DNA of 64,000 nt, taken from positions 113,957 to 177,956 of the forward strand of contig NZ_MVDN01000003.1 of assembly GCF_002006795.1 (NCBI RefSeq), in the 5' to 3' direction. The notes under the pieces were generated by a model. The model was not told where the DNA came from, did not search any database, and saw only the letters and a program-made list of their open reading frames with translations. A program made the position numbers and the translations under genes. Within the stretch, counting starts at the first letter, position 1. Every line of letters starts with the position of its first letter. This DNA is from Wohlfahrtiimonas populi (GTDB lineage: Bacteria > Pseudomonadota > Gammaproteobacteria > Cardiobacteriales > Wohlfahrtiimonadaceae). Below, piece by piece: positions 9,563 through 19,569 of the stretch.

Positions 9563-10972
9563 ATGGCTACTCAACTGAAGAGAGGCTTAACTCCGCGCCA
9601 TGTTTTATTCATCGGTTTAGGCTCCGCTGTCGGCACTGGCTTATTCTACGGCTCTGCCAATGCCATTCAAATGGCTGGCCCTGCTGTATTGATCGCATAT
9701 TTATTATCAGGCATTGCTGTATTTATGGTGATGCGCGCTTTAGGTGAAATGATCATGTATAGCCCGATGCCTGGTGCATTTGGTGCTTATGCTACAAAAT
9801 ATTTAGGACCTTTAGCAGGTTTTTTCACAGGCTGGACATACGTTTTTGAAATGGCTTTAGTTTGTATTGCCGATGTGACAGCTTTCGCCATCTATATGGG
9901 CTTTTGGTACCCCGATGTTGCACCTTGGATTTGGGCACTGGGCATTACATTAGTTTTATGTGGCATTAATCTTTGCTCTGTTAAATTATTTGGCGAATTA
10001 GGCTTTTGGTTATCTTTATTAAAAGTACTCGCAATCGTTGCAATGATTTGTGCTGGTGGCTACATTTTATTATCAGGTATGGATGCAACAAGCTCCACTT
10101 TAGATTCAGCGCCTGCCATTAGTAATTTATGGTCACATGGTGGCTTTGCACCCAATGGCATTTACGGCATCATCATCGCCCTTAGCGTTGTTGTTTTCTC
10201 ATTTGGTGGCATTGAAACTTTAGGCTTAACTGCGCTAGAAGCTGAAAATCCTGAGAAAACTTTACCCATGTCCATCAATGTTGTACCTGTACAAATCTTA
10301 CTCTTTTACTTCTTAGCTTTAATGGTCTTGATGGCACTTTTCCCTTGGAATCAAATTGGTTTAGGCGCAAGCCCATTCGTAACAATTTTCAGCAGCTTAG
10401 GCATCGAATCAGCAGCAAATTTATTGAATATTGTTGTTATAACAGCAGCAGTTTCTGCAATCAACAGTGATATCTTTGGCGCTGGCAGAATGATGTATGG
10501 CTTAGCAGAACAAGGCCACGCACCAAAATCATTCAGCAAACTATCATCCAATGGTGTGCCAATTTATCCAATCATTGTTATGTTCTTTGTGATGATTTTG
10601 GGCGTTGTTTTGAATTATCTTTTCCCTAAAGGTTTATTCTTCGTGATCGCTGCCATGGCAACATTTGCAACTGTTTGGGTTTGGTTAACTGTATTAATTT
10701 CACAAGTTGCAATGCGTAAAAAATTATCGAAAGAAGAAACTAGTCAATTAAAATTCCCTGTGCCATTTTGGCCAGTTGGTCCAGCATTTGCTATTGGCTT
10801 CATGATCTTTGTGATTGGTATTTTAGGCTATTACGAGCCTGCACGAAAAGCATTGTATGCAGGTGGCATTTGGTTAGTTTTATTATTAACTTGTTATTAT
10901 TTATGGGTTAAACCTCATCAAATGCAAGGTGACAATGAGCTATCAAACTTTAAACCCATTCAACAAGATTAA
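9563..10972 (+). CDS. amino-acid permease of the APC family (proline/histidine-type; probable histidine transporter of the hut operon)
   Basis: About 469 aa with 12 TM segments and ProY/HutT-like motifs ([21 protein letters not shown]). I prefer the start at ATG 9563, which follows a GGAGG RBS at 9546-9550, over the ORF-track start at 9536. Confidence 0.8.
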   Translation: MATQLKRGLTPRHVLFIGLGSAVGTGLFYGSANAIQMAGPAVLIAYLLSGIAVFMVMRALGEMIMYSPMPGAFGAYATKYLGPLAGFFTGWTYVFEMALVCIADVTAFAIYMGFWYPDVAPWIWALGITLVLCGINLCSVKLFGELGFWLSLLKVLAIVAMICAGGYILLSGMDATSSTLDSAPAISNLWSHGGFAPNGIYGIIIALSVVVFSFGGIETLGLTALEAENPEKTLPMSINVVPVQILLFYFLALMVLMALFPWNQIGLGASPFVTIFSSLGIESAANLLNIVVITAAVSAINSDIFGAGRMMYGLAEQGHAPKSFSKLSSNGVPIYPIIVMFFVMILGVVLNYLFPKGLFFVIAAMATFATVWVWLTVLISQVAMRKKLSKEETSQLKFPVPFWPVGPAFAIGFMIFVIGILGYYEPARKALYAGGIWLVLLLTCYYLWVKPHQMQGDNELSNFKPIQQD

Positions 10973-11063
10973 TCTCCATTAGTCTTGATATCACAATCCA
11001 TAGTCCACATAATAATATTTCACGATATGAATTCAATGGGATTATGGATTTCAAAGGGATGCT

Positions 11064-11648
11064 ATGGAAAAAATTACATTTAAAGATTTAGTTGAAACAC
11101 CATGGAAAAATGGTCAAGGCACGACACGCCAAATTGCTATCCATCCAAAAAATGCTGATATTTCTAACTTTCAATGGCGCATCAGTGCAGCAACTGTGAA
11201 TGCTGTTGGCCCATTCTCTAACTTTGATAACGTTACAAGAAGCCTAGCACTATTAACAGGCGAAAAAATTACGCTCAACATCCAAGGGCAAACTGTAGAG
11301 CTTCACCGCGATGGGCAGCCTGTGACATTTAGCGGAACAGTGCCTACAGAAATGACAGATTGCCCTGCACCTGCTTTAGATTTTGGCGTGATGACCAATA
11401 ATAATTTTGCCAAGCATTCTCTTGTCCATGCGGACTTTAATGATAGACAAACTTATCAAAGAAAATCATCCACAACTCTATTTCTTGCACTCAAACCTTG
11501 CCAGCTAGACAAAAATAGTCTCGATACATTCGATGCGATTTTATTATCAGAAACAGATCCTAATTGTGTTACTATTCAAACACAAACTAGAACAGCACCT
11601 TTATTGATTGCTGAAATTTCTGAATACTGTCCAGCGGAGCCACAATGA
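11064..11648 (+). CDS. hutD: HutD-family protein
   Basis: 194 aa. The N-terminal motif W.NG.G.TR.I matches the conserved HutD (PF05962) signature, and the gene sits inside the hut operon. Confidence 0.65.
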   Translation: MEKITFKDLVETPWKNGQGTTRQIAIHPKNADISNFQWRISAATVNAVGPFSNFDNVTRSLALLTGEKITLNIQGQTVELHRDGQPVTFSGTVPTEMTDCPAPALDFGVMTNNNFAKHSLVHADFNDRQTYQRKSSTTLFLALKPCQLDKNSLDTFDAILLSETDPNCVTIQTQTRTAPLLIAEISEYCPAEPQ

Positions 11649-12214
11649 AAGCTATAATTATCCCTGCATTATTACTCGCATCATCAATTGCAACAGCAGA
11701 AGAGATCACTTACACCATTGATCCTACACATACAGCCACTGTATTTAGCTGGGATCATTTAGGTTATTCAACACCAAGCGCTAACTTTAAAGCAATTAAT
11801 GGTGAAATTGTTTTTAATGATACCAATCCTGCGCAATCCAAAGTTAATGTAATCATTAACACAAAAAGCATTAATACTAATGTTGATATGTTTGACCTCA
11901 AATTACAAGATACTGAATGGTTCAATGGCGCTGAATTTCCAACCATTACTTTTGATAGTACAAAAGTAACGCCACTAGAAAATAATCAATACAAAGTAGA
12001 TGGCGTTCTAACCATCAAAGGCATTTCAAAAGTTATCAGCTTAAACGCAAAGCTCAATAAAAAAGCCATTCATCCAATGGCGGGTGGCGAGGCGATTGGC
12101 TTCAATGCAACCACACATTTTAATCGCTCTGATTTTGAAATGGGTGATTATGTACCCGCTGTGAGCGACCAAATCAATGTGAATATCACAGTGGAAGCCA
12201 TTGCTAAAGAATAA
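11645..12214 (+). CDS. YceI-family periplasmic polyisoprenoid-binding protein
   Basis: 189 aa with a signal peptide (MKAIIIPALLLASSIATA) and the YceI-like beta-barrel pattern. Its start overlaps the hutD stop (ATGA). Confidence 0.7.
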   Translation: MKAIIIPALLLASSIATAEEITYTIDPTHTATVFSWDHLGYSTPSANFKAINGEIVFNDTNPAQSKVNVIINTKSINTNVDMFDLKLQDTEWFNGAEFPTITFDSTKVTPLENNQYKVDGVLTIKGISKVISLNAKLNKKAIHPMAGGEAIGFNATTHFNRSDFEMGDYVPAVSDQINVNITVEAIAKE

Positions 12215-12233
12215 TATTTCTATGAAGTGAGCA

Positions 12234-12270
12234 AAAATAGCGAATAGACAAATATTCGCTATTTTTTTTA
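12234..12270. terminator. rho-independent terminator (ATAGCGAATA-gacaaa-TATTCGCTAT + T7), likely bidirectional for the hut operon and the convergent cytochrome c gene
   Basis: Perfect 10-bp stem followed by TTTTTTT, read directly from the sequence. Confidence 0.6.
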
Positions 12271-12330
12271 TCTGTGATTTTTCAATCCAACCATTTCCCA
12301 TTTTTATAAATGGCTAAATATTTTTAGAGG

Positions 12331-13692
12331 TTATTTTCTAACTTTTTGCCTTTGAGTTTTCTTAATTTTCTTTGCTTTCTTAGATCTGTGATATGACCAA
12401 AATAATCCAATCACAACTAATATTCCTATAAAATCAATAAAGTAAATAACTACTGGCCAGCCTTTCATCGGTGGCTCGCCCTCTTTTAGCTTTTGAATAT
12501 CTTCCGCTGTGATTTTATCATTATAATTCTGCCAATCTGAATTATGCATAATGAAGTTCGTTAATTGCGCAACCTCTTCATTATTGAATTTATCTTTGTA
12601 AGCTGGCATTTGATAAGCGATACGATCCGCATTATGTACTGATTCTGTGCCTGACAAAATCACTTGAGCCACATTCAATGTACGACCTTGCTCACCATTG
12701 CCTCGATTTGCCAACAATGGCGCTACATTTTGAGCACCTTCGCCCTGAATACCATGGCAAGCGGAACAATATTCTTGATACAGCCCATAACCTTCACTGT
12801 GCTTATCAGAGTTTGCAATAATTGCATTAACGCGCTCTGATGGCAATTGAATCGAGCGTAGATAAACAATCATACTGTGAATATCTTCATCAGTTAAATG
12901 GCTCAAACTATGCGTTGTTACATCAGACATTGGACCTGCAAAGGCATGTTGTGTATTTCGCCCTTCTTTCAACAGTCGAAATAACTCTTGATCATCATTT
13001 TCTTGCAATGTTCTTAAATTCGGTGCATACCAACCACCAAGTTGAGCTCCTGATAAGAATGTTTCACTTGTTTCATCTAAGCCTTGCTCAACCAAAGTCA
13101 CTGAGCGAGGCGTATGACAAGTACCACAATGACCTAAGCCTTGCACCAAATATGCACCACGATTCCATTCATCAGTTTGATCAGGTTGCGGAATATATTT
13201 CCTACTATCTGTCAATAATGCAATCCAAATACTCATTGGGAAACGCATATTCAACGGCCATTCCATATCTGTAGGCAAATTTGGCTCTGTAATAGGCTGA
13301 ACCTCATTCATAAAGTAATCATACAATACACGAACATCCGCATCATTCATTTTTGCATACGATACAAATGGCATTGCAGGATACAATGGATCACCCGATG
13401 GCTTTTCACCATGACGAAGCGCTTGTTCAAAATTTTCGTAAGTGTAATTGCCAATGCCATAGGTTTTATCTGGCGTAATGTTGGTGGCATAAATTGTGCC
13501 GATTGGCGAAGCTAAGCCATGCCCGCCAGCATAAGGCTTACTTTCATCATTCGTATGGCATGCCATACAATCACCTGCGCGAGCTAAATACTCACCTTGG
13601 CTCATATTTGCTGCGTCATTCGCCCAAACAAAACTACCGCACAATACAACCAATAACGTGCTCATTTTATAAAAATATGATTTCATAGCCAT
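12331..13692 (-). CDS. membrane-anchored triheme cytochrome c (ADH/gluconate-dehydrogenase cytochrome subunit-like)
   Basis: 453 aa with a signal peptide, three CxxCH motifs (CMACH, CGTCH, CSACH) and a C-terminal TM helix followed by a Lys-rich tail. Confidence 0.75.
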   Translation of the reverse strand: MAMKSYFYKMSTLLVVLCGSFVWANDAANMSQGEYLARAGDCMACHTNDESKPYAGGHGLASPIGTIYATNITPDKTYGIGNYTYENFEQALRHGEKPSGDPLYPAMPFVSYAKMNDADVRVLYDYFMNEVQPITEPNLPTDMEWPLNMRFPMSIWIALLTDSRKYIPQPDQTDEWNRGAYLVQGLGHCGTCHTPRSVTLVEQGLDETSETFLSGAQLGGWYAPNLRTLQENDDQELFRLLKEGRNTQHAFAGPMSDVTTHSLSHLTDEDIHSMIVYLRSIQLPSERVNAIIANSDKHSEGYGLYQEYCSACHGIQGEGAQNVAPLLANRGNGEQGRTLNVAQVILSGTESVHNADRIAYQMPAYKDKFNNEEVAQLTNFIMHNSDWQNYNDKITAEDIQKLKEGEPPMKGWPVVIYFIDFIGILVVIGLFWSYHRSKKAKKIKKTQRQKVRK

Positions 13693-13695
13693 TCC

Positions 13696-15588
13696 TTACC
13701 CTTGCAACTCGCCAACAGCGCGATAAGCCGCATCAATTGCTGCATGCGCATAAGCGCCCCATTCAGAATCTGAATTGGCGATATAAATATTGCCAAAAGG
13801 CTTTTTAGCAACTGCCATCACTCTTTCAAAATACTTTTCATCATCAAATAACGAGTTAGGATAATAAGCATACCCATGAGACCAGCGGTTCACTGTAATG
13901 CCGATAATATCTTCTTGAAGAAAGCCATATTCACCAAACATATCTTGCAATTGCTGGCGAATGATCTTTTCATGATCATCAAATGTCATACCCAATAATT
14001 GAGAACGCCCCATTGCCGCCTGCTTTGTTGCAGGCAAACCACTATCTGGCATCGTGGGCACATAGATCATATGTACAACGATGGGATCTAAATCAGATTT
14101 TGCATGTTCATAGCCACCCATTGATACAGGATAATTTAATTTCACAGTGCTGTAAGGCGCACTTGGACAATAAATATTAGATGTGCCTGCCTCTTGAAAA
14201 CAGAGCCAATTACTCAATGCAACTTTGGTATAAACGAGTGGTGCTTTCACATTGTGGCGCAATGCTACTTTCTGCTCTTCTGGCATAGTTGGCACCAGAT
14301 AAGGGATCATCATGTTATAACATGCCATGATCGCCGCTTTTGCTCTTACCTTATGTGTTTTCCCATCTCGCAAATAAACAACATCAGTCTTCGTGCCATT
14401 TTCAACATTAACGGCGTTAATCACAGTAGAATTCAGGCGAATACGAACATTAGAGCGAGGGCTATCCAATTTACTGTAATCAAATTTAGCCATCACAACA
14501 TCTTCCATCGTATTGCCTTTAGCAACAGGTGGAATCAATTGACGAACAATCAAACGAGCGATCGTTGCATTACCATCAGGGAAATGATGAATGTATAAAT
14601 CATCAATAGCTGCTTGTACCTCTTCATCTAATGGATCAATACCCATTTTTTCAAAACCTGGTAACGCACAAGCACGCGCATCACTACAACTAATCGCATC
14701 AATGCCAACCGCCATAAAGTCATGCGTGGATTGCTGGAAAAATAGTACACCTTTTTCTGATAGCTTAACTTTATCTCGCAGGAACTGGCTATAGCTGTGA
14801 GAAACTAAGTAAGCTTCTTTCTCTTCAATGGTTAGATCTGATAAGTAATCAATCTCTTCTTTATGTAATTGTATAAGCTGAGCTTTATCATGATCACTCA
14901 TTGGGAAATCGCCAATAAATTCATGATATGTTAAGCCATTTTTTTGATTTTTAGGCACATCATCCGCAACACCTTGCCCTGGATCACCGCTGACAATTTT
15001 ATTCACGCCAAAGTGTTTTTGATCAAAGAAAACGGCTTTACTGAAACCGCGCTTGGGATAAAAGCCCACATCAAAATGATTTTCCAAACGCGTGAGATCA
15101 ATGCCTAATTTGTGAATAAACTCTATCGCTTCTTGACTATAAACACTTCTCGGCGATTGTAAGGATTCACTGCCACCATAACTCATTAATATACTTTCAT
15201 CTGTTGAAAATTCATTGCGCTTCGCATGACCACCAAAATCATCATGATTATCTAAAATTAGAATTTTCTTATCTGCACCAAAACGCGCTACATACAAATG
15301 CGCTGCCGTTAAGCCACTAATGCCAGCACCCACAATAACTAAATCATATTCCTCTTCGATCTCTTCTGGCATTGCAAATGAAGCACCTGCACGCCCTAAT
15401 TTATGTGCAGATTCAAATGAACCATCATGACTGCCTCTCAAACCTGTTAACTTAGGTGGGTAATACTCCTCATCCAATACCATTGCTTGAATATAATCTG
15501 ATGCATTTGTAATTTGTTGCAGTGGCGTCATGCCTGCGGCAATTGTTAAAGCCACGCCATTTAGAAAATCTCTACGAGTGATACGCAT
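13696..15588 (-). CDS. Tat-exported FAD-dependent oxidoreductase (flavin amine-oxidase-like; possibly spermidine-dehydrogenase SpdH-like)
   Basis: 630 aa with a twin-arginine motif (RITRRDFLNGVAL) and a dinucleotide-binding motif (DLVIVGAGISGLTAAHLY...DNHDDFGGHA). Its stop lies 3 bp from the cytochrome c start. Confidence 0.55.
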   Translation of the reverse strand: MRITRRDFLNGVALTIAAGMTPLQQITNASDYIQAMVLDEEYYPPKLTGLRGSHDGSFESAHKLGRAGASFAMPEEIEEEYDLVIVGAGISGLTAAHLYVARFGADKKILILDNHDDFGGHAKRNEFSTDESILMSYGGSESLQSPRSVYSQEAIEFIHKLGIDLTRLENHFDVGFYPKRGFSKAVFFDQKHFGVNKIVSGDPGQGVADDVPKNQKNGLTYHEFIGDFPMSDHDKAQLIQLHKEEIDYLSDLTIEEKEAYLVSHSYSQFLRDKVKLSEKGVLFFQQSTHDFMAVGIDAISCSDARACALPGFEKMGIDPLDEEVQAAIDDLYIHHFPDGNATIARLIVRQLIPPVAKGNTMEDVVMAKFDYSKLDSPRSNVRIRLNSTVINAVNVENGTKTDVVYLRDGKTHKVRAKAAIMACYNMMIPYLVPTMPEEQKVALRHNVKAPLVYTKVALSNWLCFQEAGTSNIYCPSAPYSTVKLNYPVSMGGYEHAKSDLDPIVVHMIYVPTMPDSGLPATKQAAMGRSQLLGMTFDDHEKIIRQQLQDMFGEYGFLQEDIIGITVNRWSHGYAYYPNSLFDDEKYFERVMAVAKKPFGNIYIANSDSEWGAYAHAAIDAAYRAVGELQG

Positions 15589-15669
15589 AAAAACCTTATT
15601 CTTAACCTTAAAAATACCTTAACGCTTTCTATTGAGAAGTGTTGAAGCCCCCTATATAAACAGATCATT

Positions 15670-15705
15670 GAATATAAAAAAAGAGATCCATTGACCTCTT
15701 TTTTT
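15670..15705. terminator. weak hairpin flanked by A- and T-tracts (AAAAAAAGAGATCC..ACCTCTTTTTTTATT); possible bidirectional terminator downstream of truA
   Basis: Short stem (~5-7 bp) with a strong poly-T. Confidence 0.3.
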
Positions 15706-15737
15706 ATTGTTTTGTTTATTAAAGGAATTTTTTTACA

Positions 15738-16520
15738 TCAACCATCTGCTTTGGTGGTTAAAACACTCCAATCATAATCAATGTGATCTAAAAACAATCC
15801 AGATGCTGGTGCAGTCACACCACCTTGTTTGCGATCTAAACTTTCTAGTACCATTTTGGCATAAGTAGTGGGTGCCTTTCCGCTACCAACTTTCAATAAT
15901 ACACCCACAATATTACGCACCATGTGATGCAAAAAAGCATTGCCGTGAACATCTATATAAATATAGTCACCGTCTTGATGAAGATTGATAGAGAATATTT
16001 CACGAATAGATGTTGGCGCTTGGCATTCACTCGAGCGAAATGCATTAAAATCATGCTCACCCACTAAATCATTGGCAGCCAACTGCATTACATTCACATC
16101 CAAAGGATAATTAATGTGCGTTGTGTAAAAACGATCTATCACTGAACGATAGGGTTTATTACAAATCACATATTGATAAAATCTACCTTGCGCGCTGTAT
16201 CTTGCATGGAAATCTAATGGTGCACGATAAACCGCATTAACGCCACAATCATCAGGTAAATTTGTATTAATGCCACGAATCCAAGAATAATCTGTACGTT
16301 CTGAAGTTGTGAAGAAATTCACCACTTGATTGCGTGCATGCACACCAGCATCAGTTCGCCCTGCACATATCAATTGAATAGAATGATTGGCAACTTTTTC
16401 AATGGCTTTGACTAAAACTGATTCCACAGAACGAACTGGCGGCACTTTTTGCGCCTGCCAGCCACGAAAGTTTGTGCCATCATAAGAAATTGATAGCACG
16501 ATATTTTCTTGCTCAATCAT
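15738..16520 (-). CDS. truA: tRNA pseudouridine(38-40) synthase
   Basis: 260 aa with the conserved SYDGTNFRGWQ and RTDAGVHA catalytic motifs. Confidence 0.85.
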   Translation of the reverse strand: MIEQENIVLSISYDGTNFRGWQAQKVPPVRSVESVLVKAIEKVANHSIQLICAGRTDAGVHARNQVVNFFTTSERTDYSWIRGINTNLPDDCGVNAVYRAPLDFHARYSAQGRFYQYVICNKPYRSVIDRFYTTHINYPLDVNVMQLAANDLVGEHDFNAFRSSECQAPTSIREIFSINLHQDGDYIYIDVHGNAFLHHMVRNIVGVLLKVGSGKAPTTYAKMVLESLDRKQGGVTAPASGLFLDHIDYDWSVLTTKADG

Positions 16521-17359
16521 TATTTATCGCGTACTCGCTTAGATTCAATGATTGTTTTCGAACGACTCATCTCTTCAATGAATGAAGAACCGCGTTTTAA
16601 TGCAAGATTCACCAATAAAACATCCACAATTGCTAAGTCAGCCAAACGTGAAATCATTGGGATATATTCTTTCGTATCTTCTGTCGCACCAGATTCTAAT
16701 ACAACATCAGATAATTCACCCAATGGTGAATTCTTGCTTGTGAAAGAGATAATGGACGCACCATTTTCTTTTGCAAAAGCAACAGAGTCTAAAATATCTT
16801 GGCTTCGACCAGTGTGAGAAACCGCAATCATGACATCTTTTTTCTTCATCAATGATGCAGCCAAAGAATGAACATGGTGATCACTGAATACTGAAACTGT
16901 AATGCCCACACGCAATAATTTTTGCTGAATATCTAATGCAACAACGTTCGATGCACCATGACCAATGCACAATACATTGGATGATTTCATTAGAATTTTT
17001 ACGGCTTGATCAATTGCTTTCACAGAAATTGATTCTTTCGTGCGCAATAAAGCAGCAGATGCTTGTGTAATCACTTTATTAACAATATCTTTCGTATTGT
17101 CAGATTCAGAAACATTACTATGAATGAATGGAACACCAGCATTCAGAGCGCCTGCAAGCTCTTGTTTAAATACATGATAACCATCAAATCCTAACGCACG
17201 GCAAAAACGAATAACAGTTGGTTCTGAAACACCCACAGTTTTTGCCAACATACCGATAGACAAAGAAGCTGCATCATTTGGGTGACTCATTATCCAATCC
17301 GCGACTAATTTTTCTGATTTTCTTAGCTTGTCACGATGGCTTTTAATATGTGAAATCAC
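16520..17359 (-). CDS. RpiR/MurR-family transcriptional regulator (HexR-like; HTH + SIS domain)
   Basis: 279 aa with an N-terminal HTH_6 (AKTVGVSEPTVIRFCRALGF) and a C-terminal SIS domain. It overlaps the glk stop and is probably co-transcribed with it. Confidence 0.75.
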   Translation of the reverse strand: MISHIKSHRDKLRKSEKLVADWIMSHPNDAASLSIGMLAKTVGVSEPTVIRFCRALGFDGYHVFKQELAGALNAGVPFIHSNVSESDNTKDIVNKVITQASAALLRTKESISVKAIDQAVKILMKSSNVLCIGHGASNVVALDIQQKLLRVGITVSVFSDHHVHSLAASLMKKKDVMIAVSHTGRSQDILDSVAFAKENGASIISFTSKNSPLGELSDVVLESGATEDTKEYIPMISRLADLAIVDVLLVNLALKRGSSFIEEMSRSKTIIESKRVRDK

Positions 17360-18348
17360 TCTTTTGTATCCTCCATATAAGCAACTTTTCGAGTTAATCC
17401 AGTTAAAGCGGGATAAGGATCTGTTACGACAAATGTTGGTATATTTTCTAGTAATTGCCCAACAGATGTACTGGCTTCAAATGATGCTCGAAATTCTGAT
17501 TGTGCAAAAAACTCTAGAAACCTAGGAATAACCCCACCAGCAAGATAAACAGCCTTTGCTCCCGTAATTAAAGTGTAGTTTTTAGCTACTTTGCCAATCA
17601 TAGCACAATATCTTGTAAAAAGTTGTACAGCAAATGCATCTTTTTTGTTGATTAAACGCTCAACTAGTTCAATAGGCGTTGGTTTGGCACCTATTTGTTC
17701 AGAAGTTGTATGTAAAAAATCGATAAGCTGCGGAATGCCTTTTTTGCCTGCAATAAAATCTTCGATGATTATTTTATTTTTATTAGAATTTTTTAAATAA
17801 TCCCAAAAGTCCCTGATAAACTCATCATCCATCATCATGGATGAATGTCCACCTTCAGATGGAATCGCCAACCAATCATGATGATGAATCACTAAACTTG
17901 TGCCAATCCCTGAACCTAAAGAAATTGCCAATTTAGGAGCTTTTTCTAAAAGCATACCACCACCAATTTGTAGCAAAGATGTATCTGGTAAATGAGGTAA
18001 AGCATAGCCTAGCATCTCAACATCATTGAAAAAATGTACTTGAGCTGGCAATAGCCTTTCTTGAATGTCTGTGAGCTTAAATGCCCAATGATTATTCACA
18101 AACTGAATATCATTCAAATCAACTGGTGCTGCAATGGCTAACAAAATTAAATTTGGCAATTCTACATTTTGCTCAGCACAGTAATGGCGAATAATTTCAT
18201 CAGGCCCATTAAAATCACCCGAGCGATAGATTTCAACGGCGTGATATTTTGTTAAATCATCACTGTAGATAGCAGCAACGCGACTATTAGTCGCGCCAAT
18301 ATCTGCAATTAAAGCATGAATCTGTTTAGTCACGTGGCAACCATTCAT
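17356..18348 (-). CDS. glk: glucokinase
   Basis: 330 aa. ALIADIGATNSRVA matches the Glk N-terminal ATP-binding motif, and the overall length and pattern fit the bacterial Glk family. Confidence 0.75.
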   Translation of the reverse strand: MNGCHVTKQIHALIADIGATNSRVAAIYSDDLTKYHAVEIYRSGDFNGPDEIIRHYCAEQNVELPNLILLAIAAPVDLNDIQFVNNHWAFKLTDIQERLLPAQVHFFNDVEMLGYALPHLPDTSLLQIGGGMLLEKAPKLAISLGSGIGTSLVIHHHDWLAIPSEGGHSSMMMDDEFIRDFWDYLKNSNKNKIIIEDFIAGKKGIPQLIDFLHTTSEQIGAKPTPIELVERLINKKDAFAVQLFTRYCAMIGKVAKNYTLITGAKAVYLAGGVIPRFLEFFAQSEFRASFEASTSVGQLLENIPTFVVTDPYPALTGLTRKVAYMEDTKE

Positions 18349-18937
18349 TCAATATCTTCAAAGCATCTTGCAAACCAATTGTATGATCTGTTGCTGAGAA
18401 TAATTGCACAGTTGCTGGCATTGCAAACTCTTTCAAAGCTTCTTCCACTTTAAATAATGCTGATTTTGCAGGACCACGCTTTAGCTTATCTGCTTTTGTT
18501 AAGAGAATATGAACACGCAAATCCTGTGATTCACACCAGCGAAGCATTTGTTCATCTAAAACAGTCATTGGATGACGAACGTCCATCATCATGATTAAAC
18601 CTGTTAGATTTTTACGTGTTTCAAAGTAACCTTGAATCACTGATTGCCAATGCAAACGAATGCGCTCAGGTACTTTTGCATAACCATAACCCGGTAAATC
18701 CACCAAAAAGTTTTGTGGATCCACTTCGAAATAGTTAATCAATTGTGTACGCCCTGGCGTTTTACTTGTACGAGCCAATGTTGATTGCGAAGTTAACGCA
18801 TTCAAAGCACTGGATTTACCAGCATTAGAACGACCAGCAAAAGCCACTTCATGCCCTTCTGTTTCAGGCAGTTGGTTCAATTGATTCGCGCTCGTTAAAA
18901 ATTTTGTCGCATGAAAGCGTTGAATTAAATTACTCAT
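18326..18937 (-). CDS. yihA: ribosome biogenesis GTP-binding protein YihA/EngB
   Basis: G1 motif GRSNAGKSSALN, G3 DLPGYG and G4 TKADK are present. I chose the start at MSNLIQ (18937) rather than the upstream in-frame M. Confidence 0.8.
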   Translation of the reverse strand: MSNLIQRFHATKFLTSANQLNQLPETEGHEVAFAGRSNAGKSSALNALTSQSTLARTSKTPGRTQLINYFEVDPQNFLVDLPGYGYAKVPERIRLHWQSVIQGYFETRKNLTGLIMMMDVRHPMTVLDEQMLRWCESQDLRVHILLTKADKLKRGPAKSALFKVEEALKEFAMPATVQLFSATDHTIGLQDALKILNEWLPRD

Positions 18938-19325
18938 GTGTCTCTTTTTGAGGTTTTTGACTACATTCCTCTGCCACAATGGCAAGTACAGTCATGTATT
19001 TGTCGTTAACAGTTTGCATAAAATTAATCTCATCTACAGAGAGAGATTCTATTTGATGCGCATAAGCCTTTTCAGCAATTGCAGTGAAACGTTCAGCATT
19101 GGTATCACCCATCATGACAACAATGTTACTTGAAATACAACGGGATTCAAACTCTGTCATCTTCCCTTCTTCAATCTGTTTCGCTTGTGTAGCCATCAAT
19201 CGTGCAATAATACTTTGCTGTGTAAATGAAAAAGGTTGTTGCATCTTTTCTAATGAATTAAACGTTAATTGTGCATTAGAAAATGATAGCGTGATTAAGG
19301 CTAAGAATAAAGTTATTCGTTTCAT
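18930..19325 (-). CDS. hypothetical small secreted protein
   Basis: The signal peptide MKRITLFLALITLSFSNA starts at an internal Met. I did not recognise any conserved family. Confidence 0.35.
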   Translation of the reverse strand: MKRITLFLALITLSFSNAQLTFNSLEKMQQPFSFTQQSIIARLMATQAKQIEEGKMTEFESRCISSNIVVMMGDTNAERFTAIAEKAYAHQIESLSVDEINFMQTVNDKYMTVLAIVAEECSQKPQKETHE

Positions 19326-19569
19326 AGTTAATTGTCTATTCGTTAAATTAATCAATTTCGTGTGAGATAGGAAATATTATCAAAAATTTTTGTCTTTTGG
19401 GATGAGATACCTTTTATGCTATAATCTTTCCTTTTTTGGGAAAATTCCCATACCAATAGCCGTCAGGCATGATAAATGATTTCGAACGAATTTGCTCGTT
19501 TTTGTCGTATATCACTAATTTTTTCGCCCTTGCGATGAGGGCTTCACTTGAACAATCAAGGAACTTTTA

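Noticed and set aside
12840-13274. 144-aa plus-strand ORF inside the cytochrome c gene, and similar antisense ORFs in the flavoprotein gene (13983..14180, 14194..14598)
   Set aside because: They lie fully within well-supported minus-strand genes. Their compositions are unusual (H/Q/L-rich) and there are no start-site signals.
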